Shown: positions 14,946-28,199 of the stretch, piece after piece
Layout: each line of letters opens with the position of its first letter
Numbering within the stretch: the first letter of the stretch is position 1
Assembly: GCA_013239625.1 (NCBI GenBank)
Contig: MU054323.1
Span: forward strand, 17,674,029-17,738,028
Direction of reading: 5' to 3'
DNA: 64,000 nt
Origin: Lama guanicoe
Taxonomy: Eukaryota
The notes under the pieces: model-generated
Databases searched by the model: none
Told to the model about the DNA's origin: nothing
The model's input: the letters and a program-made list of their open reading frames with translations, nothing else
Program-made: the position numbers and the translations under genes

Positions 14946-15064
14946 TAATAAAATAAAAATAAAACAAATAAATAAAACCCTGGAAATACTTAGAAGGACT
15001 TCCCTAAACAGAGTCATGACTACCACCTCAAATTTATGTAATAAATAACAGGGACAAATAGTAT

Positions 15065-15295
15065 TACACTAATAGTTAACATTTATGGAGTACTTAGTAT
15101 GTGCAGGGTAATGTACTAAGATTTAAATACTTTATTTAAACCTCACAATAACCTTCTGAGGTAAGTACTAGTTCATCATTTTTATCTCACAAATGAAACC
15201 GAGGCATAGAAAAGATAAATCAGGTGTCTAAGGTCACAAAGCTAAAAAAAACTAGCAGAGCTTAAATTCAAATCCAGCACTCTAATTCAAGAGGG
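15065..15295 (-). mobile_element. MIR SINE
   Basis: aacatttatggagtacttagtatgtg ... aacctcacaataacct ... gaaaccgaggcatag ... aaggtcaca. Confidence 0.75.
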
Positions 15296-16448
15296 TAATA
15301 ACTTCCTATCTGGCCAAGTGATATCTACTTGGCTGATACTGCTATTTCAATCATTTTTAAGATTCTTCCCTTGTCTCACTGTCTGTTACACGTAACTAAC
15401 TTCTACCTCCCTGAAGCTACCAGCAGAGAGACCCAACAAAGGATTATGTGATTTCTTTCTTAGCAAAAGGAGAAACTGTATCCCAGTGTTCAGTTTTACT
15501 CAAGATATGAAGAAATTCATCAAAGAATATACAGTGGCAGTAAAAAAGCCAAGTCCTCGTACCAGAAGATAATGAATGACAGGAGAGATCAAATTCCAAC
15601 ACAAAGTAAAGAGGACTTAGCAAGAGATGAGAACATGACAATTAAGTAACTGAAGCACACTCATCTGTTTATTTCCTAGTTAGGAGTAGAATCGAGGTTC
15701 TCCTCACTGTCTCTCCACCAGTATCCTCATGCCCGGAGGATGGGGTTCAGATCAGAACAGAGTCGGAAAACTCCAGGGCAGCCTGGAGGATGGACTGGGC
15801 ACAGAGTCAATGGTTAGATACTGCTATTGGTGAGAAAAACAAGCACAACCACAAAACAACTGAAACCAGAGACTAACAGCCAAAAACAGGTCACAGCCAG
15901 TCACTATGAGACTGAGGTTACCTGTGAGAATCCATCTGCTGCACATGGAACAGCAACTACGGTAACAGTGCACGTTCTAGGAACAGGGACTATACAGGAG
16001 AGAATGCAATCAAAAAAAGTCGTAAGAAAGGCCAGGCCAGGTAGAGGCAGGCACACTGTGCCACTGGACAAAGGAATCTGCTCACAACTGTCTTTCTCAG
16101 AGCTACCTGGAAAGTTCTTGGCATAAGATGTCTAGGCTCAACTACATATGTGCTGACTAAGAAAAAGAAGCTCCTGGGAAAGTCCAGCTTTGGATCACTT
16201 GGCCACTCATGGGGGCTTTAATCTCCTGCATCTTGCAGAAAATGTACAAGATTCTGATATATTCCCAAAGTACACTGTGCCTTTCCCCTCTTGTCAGTCT
16301 CTGCATCTTTAAGTAACAGCACACACAGTTATTCACAGATTCCCATTATACTTTCCCAAGGTGACTCCAAAAGAAGAGTAGCTCAAGGAGTATCCGCTAG
16401 CTGAACAATGTGATCATCACGGTCAGCATTAAAACATTCTGCCACAGT

Positions 16449-18039
16449 AGAGTTTTCGTTTTTCTGAACATATGCCCAGGAGTGGGACTGCTGGATCACA
16501 TGGTAACTCTGTTCTTCATTTTTCAAGGAACCTCCATACTGTTTTCCATAGTGGCTGCACAATTTACAGACCTACCAACAATGTAAGAGGATTCCCTTTT
16601 TTCCACATCCTTTCCAATATTTATTATTTGTAGACTTTTTGATGATGATCATTGTGATTGGAGTGAGGTGATATCTCACCATAGTTTTATTTTTTTTATT
16701 GATTTATAATCATTTTACAATGTTGTGTCAAATTCCAGTGTTCAGCACAATTTTTCAGTCATTCATGGACATATACACACTCATTGTCACATTTTTTTCT
16801 CTGTGATTTATCATAACATTTTGTGTATATTTCCCTGTGCTATACAGTGTAATCTTGTTCATCTATTCTACAATTTTGAAATCCCAGTCTATCCCTTCCC
16901 ACCCTCTACCCCCCTGGTAACCACAAGTCTGTATTCTCTGTCCATTGAGTCTATTTCTGTCCTGTATTTACGCTTTGTTTTTGTTTGTTTGTTTGTTTTT
17001 TAGATTCCACATATGAGCGATCTCATATGGTATTTTTCTTTCTCTTTCTGGCTTACTTCACTTAGAATGACATTCTCTAGGAGCATCCATGTTGCTGCAA
17101 ATGGCTCATCATAGTTTTAATTTGCATTTCTCTAATAATTAACGATGTTGAACATCTTTTTATGTGCCTGTTGACTATCTGTATGCCTTCCTTGGAGAAA
17201 TATCTATTTAGGTCTTCTGCCCATCTTTTGATTGGGTGGTTTGTTTTTCTGATATTGAGCTGTATAAGCTGTTTGCACAGTTGGAAATTAATCTCTTGTC
17301 AGTCACATTGTTTTCAAATATTTTTTCCCATTCTGAAGGTTGTCTTTTTGTTTTGTTTATAGTTTCTCCTCTGCTGTGCAAAAGCTTTTAAGTTTACTTA
17401 GGTCCCATCTGTTTATTTTTGCTTTTGTTTCCATTACTCCAGGAGATGAAAACTCTAATTCAAACAAATACTTGCACCTCAATGTTCACAACAGCACTAT
17501 TTATAATAGTGAAGACATGGAAGCAACCTAAATGTCCATTAACAGATGACTAGATAAAGAAACTGTGGTATGTATATACAATGGAATACTACTCAGCCAT
17601 TAAAAAGAATAAAATAATGCCATTTGCAGCAACATGCATGAACCTTGAGATTATTGTACTAAGTGAAGTTACACCAAACAGGGAAAGACAACTATATATC
17701 ACTTACATTTGGAATCTAAAAAAATGACAGAATGAACTTATTTACAAAACAGAAATAGACTCACAGATACAGAAAACAAACTAATGGTTACCAAAGGGGA
17801 AAGGAGGTGAGGGATAAACTAGGAATTTGGGATTAACATATATAAACTACTGTATAAAAAACTGATAAGCAACAAGGACCTACTGTTTAGCACAGGGAAC
17901 TATATTCAATAGCTTGTAATAACCTATAACGGAAAATAATATGAAAAAGAATAGATATACATGTATCACTGAATCTCTCTGCTGTATACCTGAAAGACTG
18001 TAAGTCAACTACATGTCAAAAGATTTTTAATTAAAAAAT
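16449..18039 (+). mobile_element. 5'-inverted (twin-primed) L1: inverted ORF2 3' part at 16449-17446 plus sense 3' end at 17447-18039
   Basis: L1 ORF2 C-terminal sequence in minus orientation joined to an L1 3' end in plus orientation with an A-rich tail. 18-nt TSD aaaacattctgccacagt (16431-16448) / aaaccatcctgccacagt (18040-18057). Confidence 0.85.
16690..17104 (-). mobile_element. Younger 5'-truncated L1 3' end nested in the inverted L1
   Basis: Poly(T) start and L1 3' UTR sequence. 15-nt TSD ctca(c/t)catagtttta at 16675-16689 and 17105-17119. Confidence 0.88.
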
Positions 18040-20067
18040 AAACCATCCTGCCACAGTTAAACATTATTTCATTCCTTTCTGTCTTGATACTCATACTACA
18101 AGCAACACGTTCCTAATCTTTACAGAAATAGCCAAGTCTGGAAACCAGAAACATACCCACCAACCTCTCCATCAAAAGCCAAAAACAAGAAGCAAAAAAA
18201 GGTGCCATTTTCTCTAAGGATTAGTGATGCTCAGATGCAGGGAAACAATCCTGCGCTTAACATTAATATCTTACTGCCAAACCCCAGAGTATGGAAATTT
18301 TGAAATTTTACAATAAAATCTCCTATTAAACAGTTTTTACATGTCATTCTAGGGGAAATGAGAGGTGAGTATCAATTCAAAACTGCTACTTACAATAATA
18401 CTAGGCAAATTTTCTAGAAGAATAGGTTTTCTTAAGAAAATATGTCAGTAATGTTTCTGAGAAACTGCCCCCACCATCCCACCTCCACTGCCACCTGCTT
18501 GCAGATCTCTATTTCCTACCCTGCCTACTGTGCCTCAGTTCTTTTAAGAGTATGTACCAATCCAATACTTTAAACGTTGTATGAAAATCAAATATTATAT
18601 AAGTGGTAATTCATTACATAAATGGTAATTCATTTAGTCAAAATGAAAACACCAAGTTCATAGAGAATCATAACTACTTTTACCAACAATTTCTGGAAGA
18701 AAGATGAAGTTCAAGAGGCTATGAAAGTGATTCTATGAGCCAGGTAAGATGGCCCACAACTTGGGTGTGGTTCACAACCAAGTTTACTTTTCTGTGAAAT
18801 GACAGCCTGTACCTGTTAAGTCCAAAGTCCTTTTAGGAAATGAGGTGCTTTTTAAAAAGATACTGTTCTCAAACAGTTCCAAATGTATGGCCATCATTTA
18901 AAAACTATGCAGCCCTAATGAAGAAGCACCAGCATTAATGATTAAAGTTCCTTTCAGATTTTCTATGCTAACTGATCTGATTTTGCTTAAGCAATGGGAG
19001 AAATTTACCATGTTCTACATTAAAAGAATGGGAATTTTCAGTGCACAAAAAAAGATCTCTTCCCTTTGCATCTACTGATAGACAAATAATAAACTGAATC
19101 TAGCTTAATTATGACTTAGTTGAAGCAGGCTGAAGAGATTGGATGCCCTTAAAACTGAGTGGGAGAAAAGGAGACAGTCAGTAAAGAGAAGAAAGGAAAT
19201 TGAAATTATGGTGAAAACAAGGCAATTATGTATATTATTTTAATGAGGACTAAACAAACTAAACCACATTCTGATAGTTTCTAATGATTTTTACATCTCT
19301 CCAAGCCTTATAACTTAATAAAACCAGGCAATAACAGTCACCTTTGGTGGCCATTAATAGCAGCTAATGTTAAAACAGAATTATAAATTACATAAAATAC
19401 ATAAATTTGAAGAATAAATTCCATCCATTATTATCTCGTCTCTGATTTTAAGACTCAAACTTAAGTCAGAATGGTTGTACAACTCACTGAATTGTACACT
19501 TTAAATGGGTGAATTGGATGGTGTTAAGTTTTATCTCAATAAAACTGTTAAAAACTTTTAAGTCAAATGCTAGGGTAGCTAGAAGTTGGTGGAGGGCAGG
19601 TTGGGCGACTGCAATGTCTGAAAACAAAGCTCCAAAATAAGTTTTTCTGTATAAGCTGACCAATGAAACCAAAAGCTAAACAGATTCTGGTGAAATACAA
19701 CAGATATGATATTTCTGGCCTGTTAATAAAGAAATCCCTTCAACTGATTGGATTCTTGACTTGATCAGCCGCCAGCTAAATGCCTTTGCTAACTACAGTT
19801 CTGACCCAATCTTTTCCCCTCTACTCAAGGGACATACGTGAAGAGGGTAAGAACCAAATGCTTCCACCAGAAGGAAAAAATAATCTTCTGGTAATCATGG
19901 TGGGGTGGTATGGGGCGGGAAGCGGGGGGTGAATCTGACCATGTTTTATGCCAGAACATTTTCAAAAGCATAAAAACTACTTTTCTCAGAAGCTCAATCT
20001 CAACTAACCAGAAGAAAACAAACCTTCCACTTTGGTAAGTATACAGTTCCACTGCATGATTGCTGCC

Positions 20068-20284
20068 TTTTTTTTTTATTGTTATAGTCATTTTACAATG
20101 TTGTGTCAAATTCCAGCGTAGAACACAATTTTTCAGTTGTACATGAACATACATATATTCATTGTCACATTTTCTTTTGCTGTGAGCTACCATAAGATCT
20201 TGTGTATATTTCCCTGTGCTATAAAGTATAATCTTGTTTATCTATTCCACATTTTGAAATTCCAGTCTGTCCCTTCCCACCCCC
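20068..20284 (-). mobile_element. Young 5'-truncated L1 3' end, same family as 16690-17104
   Basis: Shares tcattttacaatgttgtgtcaaattccag and tgtgtatatttccctgtgctata with the 16690 copy. TSD tgattgctgcctttt / tggttgttgcctttt. Confidence 0.85.
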
Positions 20285-20479
20285 TGGTTGTTGCCTTTTT
20301 AAGGAAATTTACTCTTTGCTAACCACTGTCCCCTTTCAAGTCCAGGAAGACACTTTGGGGATTCTTCTGATATCACTGAATCACTATCAGTCCTCCTTCC
20401 TCGGTAAAAAATACTACTTTAAAAAAATTAGAAACCAACACAACCGACACATATCTGTGTTTTCACGTACCTAACTACG

Positions 20480-20720
20480 GCAGTGTAGCCGAGCGCACAG
20501 GCCCCACAGGGGACTGTGGGTTCTTCTGCTGCTCCGCCACGTACTAGCTGGGGACCCTCGGGCCAATCAGGAGAGCCTTCTGGGCCCCTCTATTCTCATC
20601 TGTGAAACAGGGATAATTAAAGACCTGACACCATAGCATGGATCAAGACCAAAATTGGTTATTACAGATAAAAGTTCACAGCAAATTGCTTAGCACATGA
20701 TATATAATAATTATTATTAT
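20480..20720 (+). mobile_element. MIR SINE
   Basis: gccacgtactagctggg ... ttctcatctgtgaaacagggataat ... cttagcacat. Confidence 0.65.
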
Positions 20721-20809
20721 TTCAAAGAATAAACGAGCAACTTAAAGTATGAGAAGAGTGTGGTTTGAGAACTTGTAAAACAGAGTTGAGACAATTCCCC
20801 AAAAGCTGT

Positions 20810-22170
20810 ACAGATACTGAAATTGAACAAAGGTATAAATGGATGGGGGATGGTGGCAGCCAGGTTTCTTACTACTAGAGAAGAAGGCTACAGATACGCC
20901 ATAGGGGAAGGCTAGACTGAACCATGTGGGACTGGGTCAGAGTCAGAGACACCGGTAAAAATTCATGTTTAGCTTAAGATGGGTACAGTTAGATAGGCAC
21001 AGAAATAATTATAGATATTTATGTATACATAAGTTAGTAATGTATATACTTATATATAATGTTATAAATATATATTCTATAACACCATATGTAATAATAC
21101 ATATTTTATATAAATACATGTATTTCCTAGATCTACCTACTGAGAGGGCCTGGAAATAATGACACATCAGTAAGAACTAGCACACCCCGAACCCAAACCA
21201 TGGTTTCTTAGGTTAATACTCCAATAAAAGGAACCAGGGGTCCTCGGAGAAATGGCTGATGATAAGGCTGGCGCAGGGAATACACCTGAGGAGCCTGGAC
21301 AGCTTATACTGACAGAGAGTAAGGAAGTGTAAAAAACAAAATGATGGGGACATACCAAAGTGACACATGAGACAATCTGAAAAAGCTCCCAATGTCTAAG
21401 CTGGAACAATCTGAGCATTGGATTATAACCTAGAATACAAAATATATATTGATAAATCCAACTATTAGATGTTAGATAAAATAACTAAAGGGCAAAGATA
21501 AAAATCTCCTTACAGAAAAACTCCAAGTCATTTACGTAGCTACTCCCTCCCTCAAGACGAAGCTTAACTCTTCACCTGCTAAGTGTGGGGCTGTGTTTGG
21601 TGATTTGCTTTCTGAAAACACCACAGAAAGGTGGAGAAAAATAACTTTATAGTGGAGAAACATAGAAAACATCACCATGGCCAGGTGATGAAGGATAACA
21701 TCACCAGTGATAAGTCACATCGACAGCATGGATACTTCATCCTCCCCCAAATTCATATCCCAGTCTAGCCATGAGAAAGACATCAGACAAATCTAAACAG
21801 AGAAACACACTACAAAATACCTATCAGCACCCCTCAACACTGTTAAGGTCGTCACAAACAAACAAAGTCTGTGAAGAGGCCAGAGACAGGAAAATCTTGT
21901 TTAAAGAGACATGATGACAAAATGTAATGTGGTATCTGGGATGGGATCCTGGCATAGAGAAGAGACATCAGGGAAAAACTAGCAAAATCCAAATAAACAG
22001 TGGCATTCAGTTAATAGTGAGGTACCAAAGTTGGTTCCTTAGTTGTGACAAATGTACCATGGTCATGTGAGATGTTAACAAAAGGGGAGACTGGGTGAGT
22101 TTAAAGAAACTATTGTTTTTGTGACTTTTTATAAATCTAAAAATAGTCTAAAATTAATTTTGAAAAATCT
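20810..22170 (+). mobile_element. L1MC-like 3' region
   Basis: aaaaggaaccaggggtcctcggagaaatggctgat and aaatgtaatgtggtatctgggatgggatcctgg. Confidence 0.75.
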
Positions 22171-24149
22171 TAAATTAAAGAATTAAATAATAAACAATTT
22201 AAATAAAATTTGTAAATGTTAATGTTACGAGTTTAAAAAGGTAAGTTTAAACCTTGGCCAGGTAAACAAAAAGGTATTTGTCTCCCAAAACAGCTGATCC
22301 CATCAGGTAAATGAATAATTTTTGCAAACAATGGTGCTAAAAAACTAGATCCCTTTACTGCCAAATAAGGTTGGTTTCCAGACTTTTCTAAAACCCACCA
22401 AAATAAGTTAAATTATATTTTTAAAATAATTTGCCTAAAATATTATGAAACAGATTTGAATTTCATACCTTTTATGTGATCACGTCTAATAAAATAGGTT
22501 ATGATATAGAAATGTTCTTTAAATTTTAATTCAAGTACTTTAACTACAGAAATAGCTAAGAAAATCTCAACACAAACAATACAAACTTACTGTAAAAATA
22601 GCAAGTCTGCCCAGGAATTAACAGTAACCTTCAATTTTGGTTTTTGAAAGAAAAAAGTTTGTCAAACCTCATGTAACTACAGTTTACTAAAGAAAAAAAA
22701 TCTCAATGTTCTAAATCAAAACATCTTATATGATCAGCAGACTCCAGTAGTGTTAGCAAATGGCCATCATAGCACTGACTAGAAACAAGCAACCTCAAAG
22801 AAAAATGTCAACATAATGATTAAGAAATAAAAATGACAACGACTGACCTATGACTGTTGAAGCTGAATGACATTCAAAAAGTAAACGTAAGTGTGTTTGT
22901 GTGTGTGTGTGGCCTATTTCTGCAAAAAGCTTTAGTCTCTACTCAACCTTCTTTAAGGGTTTGGGGTTTGAGTTTTCATTAAGGAAAGAAAGGGTGGAGA
23001 AGCAGAAAGTGGGGACAAATGCAGCAAGAAGCAGAGAATGGGAAGATGAACAAGTTTTAATAATGGCATTGTCCATCTGGGTTTCCTATCACTTGGCATC
23101 GTCAATGTTTTCTTTTCTCTGTCAGCTCTGTTACCTCCTAAGAATGACGTGGAGGGAGAGGAGTGTGAACCCTCCTGTGCAGGGACAATGGGAGATCATA
23201 AATTATTCCAGAGGCACTAAAAGGAATATAGGAATCCAAAAAAAGGATTTTAAGGATGCACAGTTTTTAAAAGAAAACTCTGATAACAACAACATGGTGG
23301 GCAATCTCTCACTATCTCTACTCCATTGTTCTTACCTGTTTCAACTAAAAAATATTCAGTAACTTGTAATATCAAATTTTTTTCTAAAGACCACAACTTT
23401 CACATATATGTGTACTTATAGCATAGGTCTTTTATAGTATATTTTACAGCATATTTATATTTTTTATTTTATAGCATATTTATAGTCATGTCATGTATCA
23501 TGACACCTCAAAAGACAGCTTGAAACTATGAGGCTTGAATTTTTTGAATTCCTTGGATATTAAAAATGAGGAAGAAGTTAGATGCGAGCTATTCTTCCTT
23601 TGAAAATTCAAGGCAAAAGATGTCCCTTCTTTTGGCTCCCATCACTGAAGAATTCTTGTTTTCATGAACGCTCTCTTTCTTTACCATATCTCCCCATCAG
23701 TCCCTTCAAGTCTGCTGGGCTATCACTGTGGGGCTTAGGAGTGGGAATGAGAAGCGGGGTGGGATAAGGAAGGGAATGAGACAACTGACCTTTCTACTTA
23801 AATACATTATTTCAATCGATCTGTCCAAAATCTAACTCCACATCTTGCTCTACTCAAGTTTCCCATCTCTCCAAACCAAAACTCCCCCTGTCATCAATCT
23901 AATTCACATCATTACCATTCACTCATGAACTGTTACACTATCTTTCAGATAATCTGAAATACCAGACTAAGGATTAACTACCCACCCTACATCACACCCA
24001 CCTACACCCCACAGGACTAAAAAGTGGTCCCTCACTATGAACACTTCTGTTCAAACATTTTCAATGGTTCCCTTATTTCTATTATATTTAATGTATATGC
24101 AGAAGACAGTTTCTCAAGACATATTTTGGTCTCACTTACCTCTCTATAG

Positions 24150-24420
24150 CAAAACACCGTGACTACAAAGCACAGGCTCTGAGGCTAAGACTGCCTGAAT
24201 CCAAATTCTGATGTCACCACTTACTAGATTCTGGGCCTATTCTTGACCTTTCTTTTTATGCCTCATTTTTCACATCTGAAAAATGGAAATAACAATAATG
24301 CCTACCTCATAAAGCTGTGAGGAGGACTAAAATGAAAATACCTGAAAAGTGTTTACATAAAACCATGCCTACTACATAGTAAGTACTCCATAAATGCTAT
24401 TTGCTATTATTATAATGATT
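24150..24420 (+). mobile_element. MIR SINE
   Basis: agcacaggctctgagg...gcctcatttttcacatctgaaaaatggaaataa...cctacctcataaag. Confidence 0.75.
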
Positions 24421-25149
24421 ATTGTTATTAATATCCAATATTCTCCACTATTCTCCAATACAAATCATTTCATGCAGTCTGACCTATTTCCTGCATGATC
24501 CCTTCTCGCTTATTCCTCCTCCATTAGATCTTCATTTTGCAATATTCACCTCAACTACAATGTTGTTCCACTTCACTTATTTAAATCTAAATCATATTTT
24601 AAGGCCAAACTTTCATTCTGTTTCTTCTAAAAAGCCTTCTATTTGATGACAATAATTTTCTGATCTTCTGAACTTCTGTCAAGAATCACATAATTCAATA
24701 TATAATTTTTAAATGCTACATAGTAATACTGTGATGAAATTACTTAGTACTATGCCCATACCTAGTCTGCCACTCCTTGAGAAGAAGGATCATATCCTCT
24801 GTGTCAGCCATGGTACAAAGCTCAGTACAGATGTTCAGTAAATACTCCTAGGGAACATACTAGGAGAAGGAAATGAATGACATGATCCTAGGAGGAAGTA
24901 ACAAAATCAAACTCCGCAACAAGAGACTCTAGAAGATGTCACTGCCTCCTCTTACCTGCTGAATCACTTGTAAATAGAATACTCTGCCAATCATTCCAAT
25001 CAGAAAACAACTCTACACACAGCAAGTACATTCTCCTAACTAAACTGAATGGACTCCCAGGCTTTATTCCCCTAGTTCTGTGCTATATCTGACTACAAAT
25101 TACTACTCTTCAATAACCTCAAACTCTCTGTGTTTGAACACAGTTTCAG

Positions 25150-25345
25150 AGGGAAGACCACAAAAAGACACCAGGAGAAAACAGACATTTATGAGACAAG
25201 GAGAAAAGTCTCAAAAGAAACTAACCCTGCTTACACACTGATCTCGAACTTCTAGCCTCCAGAACTAGAAACTACAAGAAAGTAAATTTCTGTTGTCTGA
25301 GCCATTCAGTCTGTGATACTTTGCTTTGACAGCCCTAGCAAATAC
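25150..25345 (+). mobile_element. MLT1 (ERVL-MaLR) LTR 3' fragment
   Basis: acactgatctcgaacttctagcctccagaact ... aaatttctgttgtctgagcca ... cagccctagcaaa. Confidence 0.7.
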
Positions 25346-26205
25346 AAAACCCAGAAACAGATTCACACTTATACAGTCAAGTGATCTCTGACAAAGGAAC
25401 AAAGGCAACTAGATGGGAAAAGGATGATCCTTTCAACAAATGGCACTGGAACAACTGAACATATACACACACACAAAAAAGCATCTAGACATAGACCTTA
25501 CACCTCTCACAAAAATTAACTTAAACAGATCATAAATCTAAATGTAAAATGCAAAACTATAAGTGTTCAAAAAGAGAAAATCTAGGTGACCTTGGTTTGG
25601 GTTTGGCAATAGGTTTTTAGCTATAATACCAAAGGTGAGATCAATGAAAGAAATGATCATTAAGTTGGACTTCACTAAATTAAAAACTTCTGCTCTGTTA
25701 AGAGAATGAAAAGACAAGCCACAGATGGGAGAAAATATCTGCAAAACACAGATGTGATAAAGGGCTTATATCGAAAATATACAGAACTCTTAAAACTCAA
25801 CCATTAGAAGACAATTCAATTTTAAAAAGGATGGAAGATCTGAACAGACACTTCACTGAACAAGATATAAAAATCACAAATAACAGCATGAAAAGATAAT
25901 CACCATCAATGTCACTAGAGAACTGCAAACTAAAATGACGAGATACCACTACATATCTATCAGAATGGCCAAAATCCAAAACACGACAACACCAAATGCT
26001 CACAAGGTTATGGTACAACAGGAATGGGACTGACTGCTGGTGGGAATGCAAAATGGTACAGCTACTCTGGAAAAGAGTTTGGCGGTTTCTTACAAAGCTA
26101 AACATAGTCTTACCACACAACCCAGCAATTGCACTCCTTGGTATTTACTCAAATGAGCTGAAAAGTTATGTCTACACAAAAACCTGCTTACAGATGTTTA
26201 TAGCA
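25345..26205 (+). mobile_element. L1M ORF2 3' fragment
   Basis: ORF track 25996-26292 gives CWWECKMVQLLWKRVWRFLTKLNIVLPHNPAIALLGIY, the L1 ORF2p cysteine-rich C-terminus. Confidence 0.88.
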
Positions 26206-26721
26206 GGGAGGAAGAAAAAATGTCCCATAAGCATTCAAAACCAAGGGCCTGCTGCTTATTTGGCTTGGGGTTCAAATCTGCATTATCTATAAATGGTGGG
26301 AAATTCCAAGCTGAGCAATTAACCTAAAGATTAGTCTCAGACCAGTGAGACTCATTAGTCCAGACCAATGAGTCCTGATAAGAGTGAAAGCAAAACTGTT
26401 TTGGAAGGACACTCTCATAATTTGAACCACAAAAGATTCTTACAGAAATTTCAGATGAATTCAAAATTAAAATAAAAATCTAACTGCAAGTGGGAGTCTG
26501 TAAACACAACAAATCAACACACAGCAAGAATAAAAACCCTCCAAATTTGAAAAGATAGAATGGTAATTTGAAAGAGAATGTTAATAAAGTATGCTAAAAT
26601 AATAAAGGTATTAAAAAGGAGTCAACTGCCAAGAACAAGAAACTATGCAAAAAGAGTAGAGAAAGAGTAAAACAGGGCCTCTAAAAATACACTTATTATA
26701 ATTTAAAAAGCAATGAAACCT

Positions 26722-27108
26722 GGTATGGACTTAGCTGTGCCCCATCCCCTATCATCATTTCATGTACTGAAACCCTAATTCCGAGTGTGATGGTGTTTAA
26801 AGACAGGGCCTTGGGGGAGATAATTAGTTTTAGATGAGGGCATGAGGGTAGAGGCCCTCATGGTGGAATTAGTGTCCTTAGAAGAGTCACAAGAAAGCTT
26901 TGCTCACTCTCTACAATGTGAGCACACAGCAAGGAGGTAGATGAGGGCCATCTACAAGCTAAGAAGAGAGCCCTCACCAGAAACCAATCATGCTAGCACA
27001 GTTTGATATTAGACTTCTGGTCTCCAGAATTGTCAGAAAGTAAATTTCTGTTGTTTAAGCCACCCATTCTATGGCATTTTGTTTGGGCAGCCTGAGATGA
27101 CTAAGACA
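26722..27108 (+). mobile_element. MLT1A-like solo LTR
   Basis: tggtatggact ... ttagatgaggggcatgagggt ... aaatttctgttgtttaagccaccc ... gactaagaca. Confidence 0.8.
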
Positions 27109-27129
27109 GAATCTAACTGACTAAATCTT

Positions 27130-28165
27130 TAATACTCTGACCACCAAAATAAATGATAGTGATTAATTAGAACTCAATGAATAAAATTAGAATCCTTAGG
27201 ACCAAAAATAAATGGAAAAGCAAGAGCTCTTCATCACAACAAAATGTCAACCAATAAAAGTAGAAGAAATTAATGGAATTAGAGAACTACCATTTTGCAA
27301 CCATCATAGTATTAATTCAAGGAAGAATCATCAATGGATGTTAAAACTAATGGGTATAAGTCAAATGAGGAAGGAGATACTATACATCTCAGAGTATCTC
27401 CTTACAAATTACTTATTAATTACAAAAGGAAAAATAATAACTTCGTAGAGAAGAAACCTAGCAGATTCATGTTAACCAACTGACCAAAACTAACATTAAT
27501 AAAGGGACAAATCAACACCACATATCCCTGATATGAGTCACTGAGTACACATCATCACTTATATACCCTTCTGCCCAAAATTTGTAACCTAAATTTAACC
27601 AAAAGGAAACATCAGACATTTCAAAAATGAAGAACACTCTACAAAATAAATGACACATACTCTCCAAAAATGTCAGTGTCTAGAAAAACAAAGAAAAGCT
27701 TAAAAACTATTCTAGTTTAAAAGAGACTGAAAAGTCTTGGAAACTAAAAGCAACATGTTATAACCCTGGATTAGTTTCTGAAGTAAGGGAAAAAATGCTA
27801 TTATGGACATTATTAAGACCATTGGTAGAACTCTGAATAAAGTCTACAGCTCAGATAATAGTATTATATTAATATTGAAAGTTCTGATTTTGATAACTAT
27901 ATTACGGTTTTATTTAAATGAAAGTATTTATTTTGAGAAATATGCATTGAAGTGTAGATGTTTAAAGGAGCATGACGTCTGTAATTTACTATGAAATGGC
28001 TCAGAAAAAAATAGTAATATGTATCTATATATAGAAAGAGACAAAATGATAAAGCAAATGTGGCAAAGTGTTAATAACCACCTGGTAAATCTGGGTAAGG
28101 GAATATGAGAATTCTTTATTAGTTTCCCAATTTTCCTATGAGTCTAAATTATTTCCCCAAAAACC
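27130..28165 (+). mobile_element. L1MC-like 3' region
   Basis: gaagaatcatcaatggatgttaaaact, aggaaacatcagaca, gataaagcaaatgtggcaaa. Confidence 0.7.
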
Positions 28166-28199
28166 CACTTAAAAAAAAAAAAGCAACAGGAACTTTGAA

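Noticed and set aside
22901..23362. 153-aa plus-strand ORF (and the 126-aa ORF at 37727-38107)
   Set aside because: Non-ATG starts, antisense within the intron, no recognisable domain; the second runs into MIR sequence.
25538..26292. ORFs with protein-like sequence (also 17162-17531 and 56502-56978)
   Set aside because: Sense or antisense translations of decayed L1 ORF2; not host genes.
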